From Deltaproteobacteria bacterium (GTDB lineage Bacteria > Desulfobacterota > Dissulfuribacteria > Dissulfuribacterales > QOAL01), in the NCBI GenBank assembly GCA_024275145.1, contig JAJRZR010000067.1, forward strand, positions 908 through 64,907: 64,000 nucleotides of DNA, written 5' to 3'. Position numbers and translations under genes: made by a program. The notes beneath the pieces were generated by a model. The model had not been told where the DNA came from and made no database searches. It saw only the letters and a program-made list of their open reading frames with translations. Positions 9,116 through 18,197 of the stretch are shown here, piece by piece; position 1 is the first letter of the stretch, and each line of letters opens with the position of its first letter.

Positions 9116-12097
9116 TCACCACTCCACAGGCAATCTTACCCTGTTCCCGGCCTTGTTATCAAATAATAAGTAGCCCTGTTCCCTTCCAAACAGAAAGAGG
9201 TCTCTTGTAAGCATCACGTCCTTTCGACAATAATCAATGATCTTTTTTATCTTCCCCTGTTTCCACCACCGGAGTGCCTGGAGGCCGTTTGCGCTCTTTT
9301 CGGCGCCCAGCGTCGCCTTGGCCAGGGCGTCCAGGGACAACCTGTAACCGAGCCTTTTGTGGACGACCTCAAGGATATCCAGGGTGGGTAACGCCCAGAA
9401 ATCCATATCCGAATAGGCGGTAAGTACCTTGTAGTCGAACCTCTTTATATTGAATCCGATTATCAGATCCATACGTCTTACGATATCGAAAAATGCGCCG
9501 AGTTGATCCTCTTCAAAGGCAAAAAAGTCATCTTTTTTAGAATCATAAAGGACAGCGCAGCTTACCTTCATCAGATCGGCCCTATGCCAACCTCCTACCT
9601 CATGGGCAGACAATTGCGTCTCTATATCTAAGACGCCGAAACGTGTCACGGAACCACGAAAGACCCGCGGTTTCCCGGCACCCCTGGCCTTGTCTCCTAT
9701 CACTGGTACAACCGCTCTCTGCCGTCTTTCCATGGCCTCACGTACGACAATTGGGGACACGGAATCACCGGCAGCGGACACGGGCACATGAGCACCGCTG
9801 ATGGCCCCCGGCCTGCGCCTGGTCGATATGTCCATCCCTGCAAGACCCCTTAGGATAAGCAATGCAGCCTCCTTGTCTATGGGCCTGTTGCCAGAGCCGC
9901 ACTTGGGCGAATGAACACAAGAGGGACAGCCAAGCTCGCAGGGACAGGTCTCCACCGCCTTAAGCGTCTGCTCTATCAGTTCCTTGGCCTGGATAAATGC
10001 CTGTCGGCTCAACCCCACGCCCCCTGGTATCCCGTCATAAACGAATACAGCAGGACCAGGAACCTGGGCATGAAACGGCGTGGATATCCCTCCGAAATCG
10101 TTCCTATCCGTAAGAACCAAGAGCGGAAGGATGCCGATAGCTGCATGTTCGACCGCATGGATCCCCCCCATGAAATGGAGCCTTGCATCCTCCACTGCCG
10201 TCTGGAGCCATGACGGTATCTGCCACCACAGCCCCTCGGTCTCAAATATCTGTGGAGGCAGATCCAGATCAACCCGATTTATCAACCGCTGTCCCCTCAC
10301 CTGCCTGCGCTCGAAACCGGTGACTTGGTCCTTGATCCTCAAACGTCCCCAAGAAAACCGGGTCCTACAGACCTTCCTGTCATCATACACATCCAGGATC
10401 TCTGTATCCTTGTGGCCGGTCACCCTGGTAAAATAGCCAACCTTTGCAGGCCTCACCAGGACCCTTGCCTTTTCCTGCTCAAGGGCCTTGACCACGTATG
10501 TCTTACCCCGGTGGAGGTATATCGCACCAGGATGGGTCTCCCGATAGGCCCTGAAGCCGTCTATGACCCCTATGGTGCTACTATCCACCTCTGAGATTAT
10601 CCGGAAGGAAGGCCCGGCACCTCTGAGATTCACACGACGATGCATACCTGTCGTATTTGCAAAAAGCCTTGAGCCATCCTCGGCCATGAGTAGTTTGCCA
10701 CGCCTTTCAAGGGAGCTTGCAAGGCCCTTAATGCCACTTCCATCCAGGAAAACACCGTTTGTATCTATGGGCAGCTCAGAGGCAGCACAGAGAATGTGGC
10801 CTTCGGCCACGGCAGGGTTATCTTTGTTGATGACGGCGGCCTCTGGCGGACGGATAAGAAGCTCGCGTGGATTCCGCAGAAAAAACTGGTCCAAGGCATC
10901 TTCCTGGGGTAGAAGAATAATCGCTGAATCCTTCATGCTCCTGCCAACCCTTCCTCCCCGTTGCCAGGTTGACATGATTGTACCAGGGTATCCCACCAAT
11001 ATGCACAGGTCCAAGGAGCCGATGTCTATTCCAAGCTCAAGGGCACTTGTGGAAACCACAGCGAGTAATTGTCCAGAAGACATCCTTCCCTCGATCTCCC
11101 GCCGTTCCTCTGGCAAAAATCCGGCCCTGTAGACGGCTATCTTGTCAACATACCTACCTGCGCGCTGACTTGTCCACAGGCCTATAAGTTCGGTAAGCTT
11201 CCTTGATTGGGTATAAACTATGGTCTTGAGCCCCCTGTGAAGGGCAGCAAGCAAAAGATCGATTGCAACCTGTGCTGCTCCCATGTCTTCAGGGTCTATG
11301 AAGAGTATATGCCTTCCGCCCCTGGGGGCCCCGCTCTCATTGACCTCAATGACCTGGCGACCAATCAATTCGGTGGCAAGCTCACCCGGATTTCCGATGG
11401 TAGCAGAGCACATCACGAATACCGGATGCGAGCCATAATACCTGCATATCCTCTTTAGTCTCCTGAATACCCATGCCATGTTGGAGCCCATTATTCCCCG
11501 GTAGGAATGAACCTCATCCACTACGATATGGGTCAGATTCCTCCACAGGTGACACCACCTGTCATGATAGGCAAGCAGGGATAGGTGGAGCATTTCAGGA
11601 TTGGTAAGCAACACGTTGGGGGGGCGCTCCCTGATCTTCTTCCTTCTCCATGACGATGTATCTCCATCATATATCTCGGCATCCGGGACGCCATCGTCCA
11701 GCCCGGCGACAAACCTTCTGAAGATCTTCAGTTGGTCCTGGGCCAGGGCCTTCAGGGGGAACAGATACAGCGCCCTGCTCTCAGGCCTGTTGAGCACCTG
11801 TTCTACTACCGGCACATTGTAGATCAAGGTCTTACCGCTGGCAGTAGGGGTGGCAACTACTACGTCCTTACCTGACTTGATAAGGCCTATTGCCTTGGCC
11901 TGATGGCTATAGAGGCGCCTGATACCGTAACGATCAAGTATCCTAGAGATTTCATCGAGAATTGACAGGCCGGAAGAATCATACCTGGAAGGAATCCCTG
12001 GCTGGTAGTGATAAAACGTCACCTGTCGCCCAAGCCTCCTTGATCCCTTGAGGGCTGCTATGTATTCAGATATCCTGTCTGAGTTAGCCGAAGCCAA
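9116..12097 (-). CDS. DEAD/DEAH helicase with DUF1998 4-Cys domain (MrfA/YprA-like), fused to a C-terminal DEDD/RNase H-like exonuclease
   Basis: TPTASGKT, DEVH, SAT, QRGGRVGR; CPCELGCPSC; C-terminal LDIET, GFNIKRFD, YCRKDV. TTG at 12097 after AGGA chosen as start; GTG 12175 is an alternative. Confidence 0.9.
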   Translation of the reverse strand: MASANSDRISEYIAALKGSRRLGRQVTFYHYQPGIPSRYDSSGLSILDEISRILDRYGIRRLYSHQAKAIGLIKSGKDVVVATPTASGKTLIYNVPVVEQVLNRPESRALYLFPLKALAQDQLKIFRRFVAGLDDGVPDAEIYDGDTSSWRRKKIRERPPNVLLTNPEMLHLSLLAYHDRWCHLWRNLTHIVVDEVHSYRGIMGSNMAWVFRRLKRICRYYGSHPVFVMCSATIGNPGELATELIGRQVIEVNESGAPRGGRHILFIDPEDMGAAQVAIDLLLAALHRGLKTIVYTQSRKLTELIGLWTSQRAGRYVDKIAVYRAGFLPEERREIEGRMSSGQLLAVVSTSALELGIDIGSLDLCILVGYPGTIMSTWQRGGRVGRSMKDSAIILLPQEDALDQFFLRNPRELLIRPPEAAVINKDNPAVAEGHILCAASELPIDTNGVFLDGSGIKGLASSLERRGKLLMAEDGSRLFANTTGMHRRVNLRGAGPSFRIISEVDSSTIGVIDGFRAYRETHPGAIYLHRGKTYVVKALEQEKARVLVRPAKVGYFTRVTGHKDTEILDVYDDRKVCRTRFSWGRLRIKDQVTGFERRQVRGQRLINRVDLDLPPQIFETEGLWWQIPSWLQTAVEDARLHFMGGIHAVEHAAIGILPLLVLTDRNDFGGISTPFHAQVPGPAVFVYDGIPGGVGLSRQAFIQAKELIEQTLKAVETCPCELGCPSCVHSPKCGSGNRPIDKEAALLILRGLAGMDISTRRRPGAISGAHVPVSAAGDSVSPIVVREAMERRQRAVVPVIGDKARGAGKPRVFRGSVTRFGVLDIETQLSAHEVGGWHRADLMKVSCAVLYDSKKDDFFAFEEDQLGAFFDIVRRMDLIIGFNIKRFDYKVLTAYSDMDFWALPTLDILEVVHKRLGYRLSLDALAKATLGAEKSANGLQALRWWKQGKIKKIIDYCRKDVMLTRDLFLFGREQGYLLFDNKAGNRVRLPVEW

Positions 12098-12458
12098 TAT
12101 CTTTCCTGCCCCTCTGTATTGTCCAAAAATACCACATCTGGTCATAGGCAATGCATCTACTTCGTTGTCGGGCACCTGAAGTACAAAGTGAGGGCCTGTG
12201 AGCCTTACGCCTCATATCAGCATACCCATATAACTCCGTACGGATCAGGAGCTTTTCACAATTTTTAACAATGAACCTGACGATCGGTTACAAGATACCA
12301 GTGTCAACCAGGGCTGTACCAGCCCACTGTCTGATTAGCGCATGGAAATGCCATGAACAGCATCGGATCAGGATCTTACATCCTTTCCGTTCACAGTGGT
12401 ACCTGTTCAATCAACTAGGCCTCCACGCGGCCCGTATTTTAAATCTTAGGCCACAACC

Positions 12459-12505
12459 CAGGGCTTGAGAATACGGCCCGAGGAAGGATGTACCTTTATA
12501 ATAAA
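12459..12505 (-). repeat. Hairpin repeat family copy (degenerate), head-to-head with the next copy
   Basis: Minus strand reads TTTATTATAAAGGTACATCCTTCCTCGGGCCGTATTCTCAAGCCCTG. Confidence 0.55.
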
Positions 12506-12506
12506 T

Positions 12507-12548
12507 TTTACCGGAGAATGTAGCCCAAAACGGGTTGCATTTTCATGC
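12507..12548 (+). repeat. Hairpin repeat family copy
   Basis: TTTACCGGAGAATGTAGCCC-AAAAC-GGGTTGCATTTTCATGC; 10-bp stem, fully paired if G-U pairs are allowed. Confidence 0.65.
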
Positions 12549-12730
12549 GTGGGATATGGCTCAGGATGTAGAGCCACATAGTTAAAAAATCTGTACTATT
12601 AAAAAATTTTTATAAAGTTTTAAATTTTTTTAACCAACATGCCCCCATACAGACCGTCAAACCCATTTGATGCAAGGTGGATAGTGGCAATAAAATCCAA
12701 CAATCTGCAAAAGGTACAGATCGCTGCAAC

Positions 12731-12756
12731 AAAAAACCCGTAACACATGTTACGGG
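12731..12756 (-). terminator. Probable intrinsic terminator for the small minus-strand gene
   Basis: Perfect stem (plus strand CCCGTAAC-ACAT-GTTACGGG), followed on the minus strand by T6; about 115 bp past the stop at 12871. Confidence 0.6.
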
Positions 12757-12787
12757 CCAAGTGGGAGAAAAAAATATCTTTATAAAG

Positions 12788-12834
12788 TTACCGTGAAAAC
12801 GCACCCTCCATAAGGGCTATATTTTCATGCCTGG
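12788..12834 (+). repeat. Hairpin repeat family copy (near consensus)
   Basis: TTACCGTGAAAACGCACCCT-CCATA-AGGGCTATATTTTCATGCCTGG. Confidence 0.7.
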
Positions 12835-12870
12835 GGTCCACCTCAACCTGTGCGGGAGGTATGAAAGATT

Positions 12871-13149
12871 TTATAGGCTTCTTTCTTCTCTTTCGATCTC
12901 TTTCAGACACTTTTTATAATACTTCAGGCATTTTTTCAAAAAACGCCTCTGGCCTCTCCTGGTTGAAAGGTCCTCCCTCTTTACGGGTGCATCCCAGCAG
13001 GCCAGAACTATGAGCCTGACCGGCATATTCATATCCATCAGGCACCTGATTTTACTCTCATAATAATCCTTGTGTGCCTGACACTGAACCTTTCTGTTAC
13101 TGGTTACATGGGACAATGGCAATCGTCTTGATCGGACTGAAGATATCAT
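12871..13149 (-). CDS. Small basic hypothetical protein (92 aa)
   Basis: ATG preceded by AAGGTGAG RBS; downstream terminator; divergent from the HDOD gene. Confidence 0.6.
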   Translation of the reverse strand: MISSVRSRRLPLSHVTSNRKVQCQAHKDYYESKIRCLMDMNMPVRLIVLACWDAPVKREDLSTRRGQRRFLKKCLKYYKKCLKEIEREERSL

Positions 13150-13291
13150 TTTCTCTCACCTTTTTTCATTTTATCCAAGGATACGCTCAAGTTCCGGGCC
13201 ATGTTGCCTAAACTTGGGAGTGTCTTCATGGTTAGAGCAAGGCAGACACAGGATTTAGATAAATTTTAAGCAAAATTCCTGCCACAAGACC

Positions 13292-14323
13292 ATGGCCCAT
13301 GACCTTCCAGATAAGACGACTTGCATCCATCCCGCATGGCTTGCACACCCTCGTAGCCACGGGGCTCAACGCCTTAAGGATTTTCTCCAAGATGCCGATA
13401 AGCTATCCATGGGAAGGGGACGGGCCATAAATACGGTGCGTACAAAATACAACCATACCTCTACGGTAGATCTATCCGCGGAACGGCGCCGCAGGGAGAT
13501 CATAAAGCGGCTGGATACGATCCCGCCGCTCCCGGCCGCAGCCCATGAAGTCCTTTCAATAGTTGCGGGTGATCCGAAGGACACCGGAAGGCTTGAACAG
13601 ACGATAAGGCATGATCCTGCCCTTTCATCACAGATCCTGCGCGTGGCCAATTGTGCCGCATATTATCCCCAGACACCCATAGACACAATCCACCGGGCAG
13701 TGGTGTTCCTTGGATTTTCCGAGGTGAGGAATATCGCCCTGAGCCTAAGTATCTCCAGTGTGTTCAAGGAAAGACCTCGTTTATCCGGCTTTAGGACTCA
13801 AGATTTCTGGACCCATTCCATTGCAACCGCAATGATATCGCGGATACTGGCCATAGAGCTGGATAGAGAGGAACCTGAAATCTATTTCACTGCCGGTCTC
13901 CTTCACGACTTGGGACGGATAGCCATGTACACCTGCTTTCCTGATGAATGGGGATCTATCGTTGAATATGCACAGCAAAATAGATGCTCACTGCTCGCGG
14001 CAGAAAAAAGATTCGGCCTTCAACATAACCTGATAGGCGCATGGCTTGCCAGAAACTGGGAACTTCCCAAGATTTATCAAAAGACCATTGCCACCCACCA
14101 CCTGAGACTCTCACATCCCAAGATAGGCGAGCAGGGGCTATTGATCCAACTGGCGGACCAGATATGCCATCATGTGGGAATGGGACTGATGTCTCCTCCA
14201 GCGGTAAATCGAAGGGCGCTTGCCAATGCAGTGGGCCTGGGGCAGGATACGCTGGAAATACTCGAGAAACAACTGGATCAGATCGAGGAACTGGCCTCAT
14301 CTATTATAGACATACTGCACTAA
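13292..14323 (+). CDS. HDOD domain protein
   Basis: IPPLP, DPALSSQILRVAN, FWTHS, AGLLHDLG, GAWLARNWELP, HH. Start codon uncertain. Confidence 0.92.
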   Translation: MAHDLPDKTTCIHPAWLAHPRSHGAQRLKDFLQDADKLSMGRGRAINTVRTKYNHTSTVDLSAERRRREIIKRLDTIPPLPAAAHEVLSIVAGDPKDTGRLEQTIRHDPALSSQILRVANCAAYYPQTPIDTIHRAVVFLGFSEVRNIALSLSISSVFKERPRLSGFRTQDFWTHSIATAMISRILAIELDREEPEIYFTAGLLHDLGRIAMYTCFPDEWGSIVEYAQQNRCSLLAAEKRFGLQHNLIGAWLARNWELPKIYQKTIATHHLRLSHPKIGEQGLLIQLADQICHHVGMGLMSPPAVNRRALANAVGLGQDTLEILEKQLDQIEELASSIIDILH

Positions 14324-14501
14324 GGGCAATCCACTAATGCGCATTCCTGGATCAAGCGTTTGCCCGTCTGCCGCCGCTGCCCCGGGTAGCCTGCGGCAAA
14401 ACGGAATCAGTAAAACCGCAAATCCTTGCGGCTTCACCCCCCAAAGAGACGATTAGGAGGAAACAGTACCTACCAGAGGCCTTGTAACTGTGCACGCATT
14501 G

Positions 14502-15677
14502 CTACAACATAAGGGCTGACAATGCGCCACCTACCAAAACCACCCAGAGGATATCCACCTTGAGACGGAGGGCGATGAAGGCACCAACACAAAGGACAGC
14601 GGCAACCCACGACCACTGGGCTGCCGCACCAAAACGTATGGTTACCGCAAGAAGAAGGCCTACGAAGGAGCTGAGTATCCCTCTCATTGCCATCTTGAAC
14701 CAGGAAGACCTCTTGAGCCGATCGAAATAGGGCACTACCAACAAAAGAACCAGGAAGGAAGGGGTAAAGATAGAAACCGCCCCTATGACCGCCCCTACGA
14801 AACCATACAACAAAAAACCCACAAAGGCAGCGGTAATAACTATGGGACCTGGAGTTACCTGTCCCAGGGCAATGCCATCCATCAATGACTTGGCATCCAT
14901 GAGATGCCTCGCCTCCACGACCTCATGGAACATCAAGGGCAGGGAGGCATATCCACCACCGAAGGCGAAAAGATCGATCTTCAACATCATAATCGCCAGA
15001 TGAAAAAACGACCTGTTTATAAAAAAAAGCGCCGATACGCCCAACATCACTACAAAGGCGCACAGGAAGGCGAACCGCATCAGATCCTTAAGGCTATTGT
15101 TACCAGGATCATGGCTGGCATTATCCATGCCACCAGGATTGGCAAATTCCTGGCGGAACAAAACCAGACCTGCCAAGCCCGACGCTATGATGGCCAGAAC
15201 AGGGCTTCCCCTTGCCACCAAAAACGAAGCGGATGCAACCACCAGGACCAGGTCCTTCCATGACAATATGGTCTTTTTACCAAAGCCAACAGTAGCATTT
15301 GCCACCATGGCGACAACGATAATCTGCAGCCCCCTGAACAGGGCCATGACATGGGGTAGGCCATGGGCCCTTTGGTAGGCCATGGACAAAAAAACCATTA
15401 AAAAAAAGGCTGGCAGGCTGAATCCAACGTATGCCGCAAGTGCCCCCCTAGCCCCTCCAGCCCTGAGCCCTGCGTACGCCGCGGCCTGCATGGCCGTGGC
15501 ACCTGGGATAGATTGAACCAGGGCCACACCTTCACGAAAAGACTCTTCCCTTACCCATCTGTATCTTTTTACCACCAGATCTCTTATATAGGCTACCATT
15601 GCAGGCCCACCAAACGCAGTGAGCCCCAGCCTTAGAAAGGCAAAGAAGATCTTCAGTGCAGGGATACGCTCTTCCAC
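14502..15677 (-). CDS. chrA: Chromate efflux transporter (long-chain CHR family)
   Basis: Two repeats: LTAFGGP...QSIPGA and FAFGGGYA...QVTPGP. Confidence 0.92.
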   Translation of the reverse strand: MEERIPALKIFFAFLRLGLTAFGGPAMVAYIRDLVVKRYRWVREESFREGVALVQSIPGATAMQAAAYAGLRAGGARGALAAYVGFSLPAFFLMVFLSMAYQRAHGLPHVMALFRGLQIIVVAMVANATVGFGKKTILSWKDLVLVVASASFLVARGSPVLAIIASGLAGLVLFRQEFANPGGMDNASHDPGNNSLKDLMRFAFLCAFVVMLGVSALFFINRSFFHLAIMMLKIDLFAFGGGYASLPLMFHEVVEARHLMDAKSLMDGIALGQVTPGPIVITAAFVGFLLYGFVGAVIGAVSIFTPSFLVLLLVVPYFDRLKRSSWFKMAMRGILSSFVGLLLAVTIRFGAAAQWSWVAAVLCVGAFIALRLKVDILWVVLVGGALSALML

Positions 15678-16588
15678 AGCTCCCTCACCTGCCTCACCAT
15701 CTCGATATCCTTCTCTATCTCCCTTCCCCTGACGGTAAGATAGCCGCCTATGAGCATGGCATCTGCCCCTGCCCAGAAGGCCATGGCCTGGAAATCCCCC
15801 AGCCTGCTCTCCCTGCCCCCTGCTATCCTGAGTGCCTTTTCAGGAAGTATCAGCCTGAAGATGGCAATAGTCCTCAAGATATCCGTCATTTTCAGTGGTG
15901 CAGCTCCTGCAAGAGGGGTCCCCTCTATGGGAACCAACAGATTAACAGGGACCGAATCCACATCCAGTTCGGCCAAGGTGCAAGCCATGGAAATCCTGTC
16001 CTCCTCCGTTTCCCCAAGTCCTATGATACCACCGGAGCACACCTCAAGACCAACCTCCTTTGCTGCCCTTATCGTATCGATCCTTTCCTGGAACGAATGG
16101 GTACTAACCACGTGGGGGAAAAAACGACTGGACGTCTCAAGGTTGTGATGATAACGACTCATACCGGCGTCCTTCAGACAGCTTAAAGACCTGCCGTCCA
16201 GTATCCCCAGGGAACAACACACCTTGATATCAACACGTGACCTTATTGCATGAATGGTCTCTGCTACATGCCTGACCTCGTCGCTGTTCATGCCACGGCC
16301 GCTGGTTACCAAGCTGAATCGCTCTGCCCCTGCGTTTCTAGCCCTTTCGGCCTCCCTGACCGCCTCATCGGAGGATCTGAGGGAATAGGCGGCTATGCTG
16401 GTATTGTAACGGGCAGACTGTGCGCAAAAGGCACAATCCTCGGTACAACGGCCTGAGCGTGCATTCATTATAGTACACAGGGAAAACCTGCTCCCCCTGT
16501 ATTTGAGTTTTGTCTTAAGGGCCTTTTCCATCAACCAGGGAAGGGGCATGGAGGCCAGTTGGCTTATATCGTTGCCATTCATCTTCAT
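15653..16588 (-). CDS. bioB: Biotin synthase
   Basis: SGRCTEDCAFCAQS, YHHNLETS, CSGGIIGLGE, SVPVN, RIAGGRE, GYLT. Confidence 0.96.
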   Translation of the reverse strand: MKMNGNDISQLASMPLPWLMEKALKTKLKYRGSRFSLCTIMNARSGRCTEDCAFCAQSARYNTSIAAYSLRSSDEAVREAERARNAGAERFSLVTSGRGMNSDEVRHVAETIHAIRSRVDIKVCCSLGILDGRSLSCLKDAGMSRYHHNLETSSRFFPHVVSTHSFQERIDTIRAAKEVGLEVCSGGIIGLGETEEDRISMACTLAELDVDSVPVNLLVPIEGTPLAGAAPLKMTDILRTIAIFRLILPEKALRIAGGRESRLGDFQAMAFWAGADAMLIGGYLTVRGREIEKDIEMVRQVRELWKSVSLH

Positions 16589-16682
16589 AGTATTTTCCGG
16601 ATATCGATATTTTATAGATGTACGGAGTAGAAACTATTCCTGCGCATGCAACTCTTCAATCATCCAGGGAGACCAAGCGGAC

Positions 16683-18068
16683 CTAAAGCCCTAGGCCCTC
16701 AAAGGTGGCGTTGCACCGGGAAAGGATATCGTTTATCTGATCAACAGTAACACAAAGCGGAAGAAACAGGTAGATCACGTCCCCGAGGGGCCTTAGTATC
16801 AGGCCATGTTTCAGCCCCTCAAGATATACCTGAAACCCCCTTCTTTCCCTCGGTGGAAATGGTTTCTTACTGTCCTTATCCGCCACCAGTTCCAGGGATG
16901 CCACCATGCCTACGCCCCTTATATCACCCACGGTATCGAACCTTGCCAGGCCCCTGATTCCACTCTGGAGTACATCCACCTTTTGCGACAATTCCTCAAG
17001 GGTTTTTTCTTCTTCAAATACACGTAAGGAACCAAGGGCTGCTGCCACGGCCAACGGATTTGCCGTGAACGTATGGCCATGAAAAAAGGTCTTGCCCTCA
17101 TTGTAGTCACCATAGAAGGCGCTAAAGACATCCTCGGTGGTCATCGTTGCCGACATGGGCAGATAACCGCCGGTAAGCCCCTTGGAGATGCACAGGAAGT
17201 CCGGGCAGATCCCGGCGTGTTCGAGGGCAAACATCCTCCCGGTCCGACCGAAGCCAGTGGCCACCTCGTCAAGTATCAGGTGAACCCCGTAACGTCTGCA
17301 AAGCCTTGCAACCTCCTGTAGGTATTCCACCGGATAAACGATCATCCCACCTGCCCCCATTAAAAGGGGTTCAAGGATCAGCGCGGCAATGTCCTCTGCC
17401 CTTCCCTCCAGAAGCCTTCTCAGGGGCTCCAGACACTCTATGGCGCATCCGGAGGCCCTTGGGGTACCGCAAGAATCACATGCAGGTGATGCCGTCTCGA
17501 TCCCGCATGGGCAATGATAGCAATAGGGGGTGGGGATAGTAAAGGAATCGAATGTCAACCTGTCGAAGGGACCCTTGAAAGCCGGCACCCCACCAAGGCT
17601 CATTGTACCGATGGTATCGCCGTGATAACCCCTTTCTAGTGCGATGAAACGATCCTTGCTCTTGTGACCGGTCTGTTTCCAGTATTGTACAGACATCTTG
17701 ATGGCCACCTCGCACGCTGTAGAACCGTCATCCGAGTAAAAGACCCTGGTCAATGGCTCTGGCGTAATGGAAGCCAACCTTTCCGCCAGACGGATGGCCC
17801 CCTCATGCGTAGTCCCTGCAAAATGAATCTGTTCAAGCCTGTCCAGTTGCCCTTTGACATACGACTTTATGGTTGGATGGTTGTGGCCATGGAGGATACA
17901 CCACCAGGAAGAAATGGTATCATAATACCGCTTTCCCTTGGCATCAAATAGATACACCCCATCGGCATGATCTACGAGCAGAAGATCCCTGTCCTCATAG
18001 TCCTTCATCTGGGTATAGGGATGCCACAAAAATTTCATATCCACGTCTAAAAGTCTTTCGGTTTCCAT
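16683..18068 (-). CDS. bioA: Adenosylmethionine-8-amino-7-oxononanoate aminotransferase
   Basis: WHPYTQM, SSWW, YHGDT, DEVATGFGRTG, SKGLTGGYLP, HGHTFTANP. Confidence 0.95.
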   Translation of the reverse strand: METERLLDVDMKFLWHPYTQMKDYEDRDLLLVDHADGVYLFDAKGKRYYDTISSWWCILHGHNHPTIKSYVKGQLDRLEQIHFAGTTHEGAIRLAERLASITPEPLTRVFYSDDGSTACEVAIKMSVQYWKQTGHKSKDRFIALERGYHGDTIGTMSLGGVPAFKGPFDRLTFDSFTIPTPYCYHCPCGIETASPACDSCGTPRASGCAIECLEPLRRLLEGRAEDIAALILEPLLMGAGGMIVYPVEYLQEVARLCRRYGVHLILDEVATGFGRTGRMFALEHAGICPDFLCISKGLTGGYLPMSATMTTEDVFSAFYGDYNEGKTFFHGHTFTANPLAVAAALGSLRVFEEEKTLEELSQKVDVLQSGIRGLARFDTVGDIRGVGMVASLELVADKDSKKPFPPRERRGFQVYLEGLKHGLILRPLGDVIYLFLPLCVTVDQINDILSRCNATFEGLGL

Positions 18069-18197
18069 TTTTGTTGATATATCTCCTTATCTCCGCATCA
18101 AGATGAACGTCCCGCCCTTGAAAAACTTCCTTGGCAGCGTGCCCCCGGGTCTTGTGCCACCTGTGCAAGCGATCAGGGCAACTTAAAAACTTTTCCA

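Noticed and set aside
12400-12850. CRISPR array
   Set aside because: Repeats are degenerate, alternate in orientation and are irregularly spaced; no cas genes.
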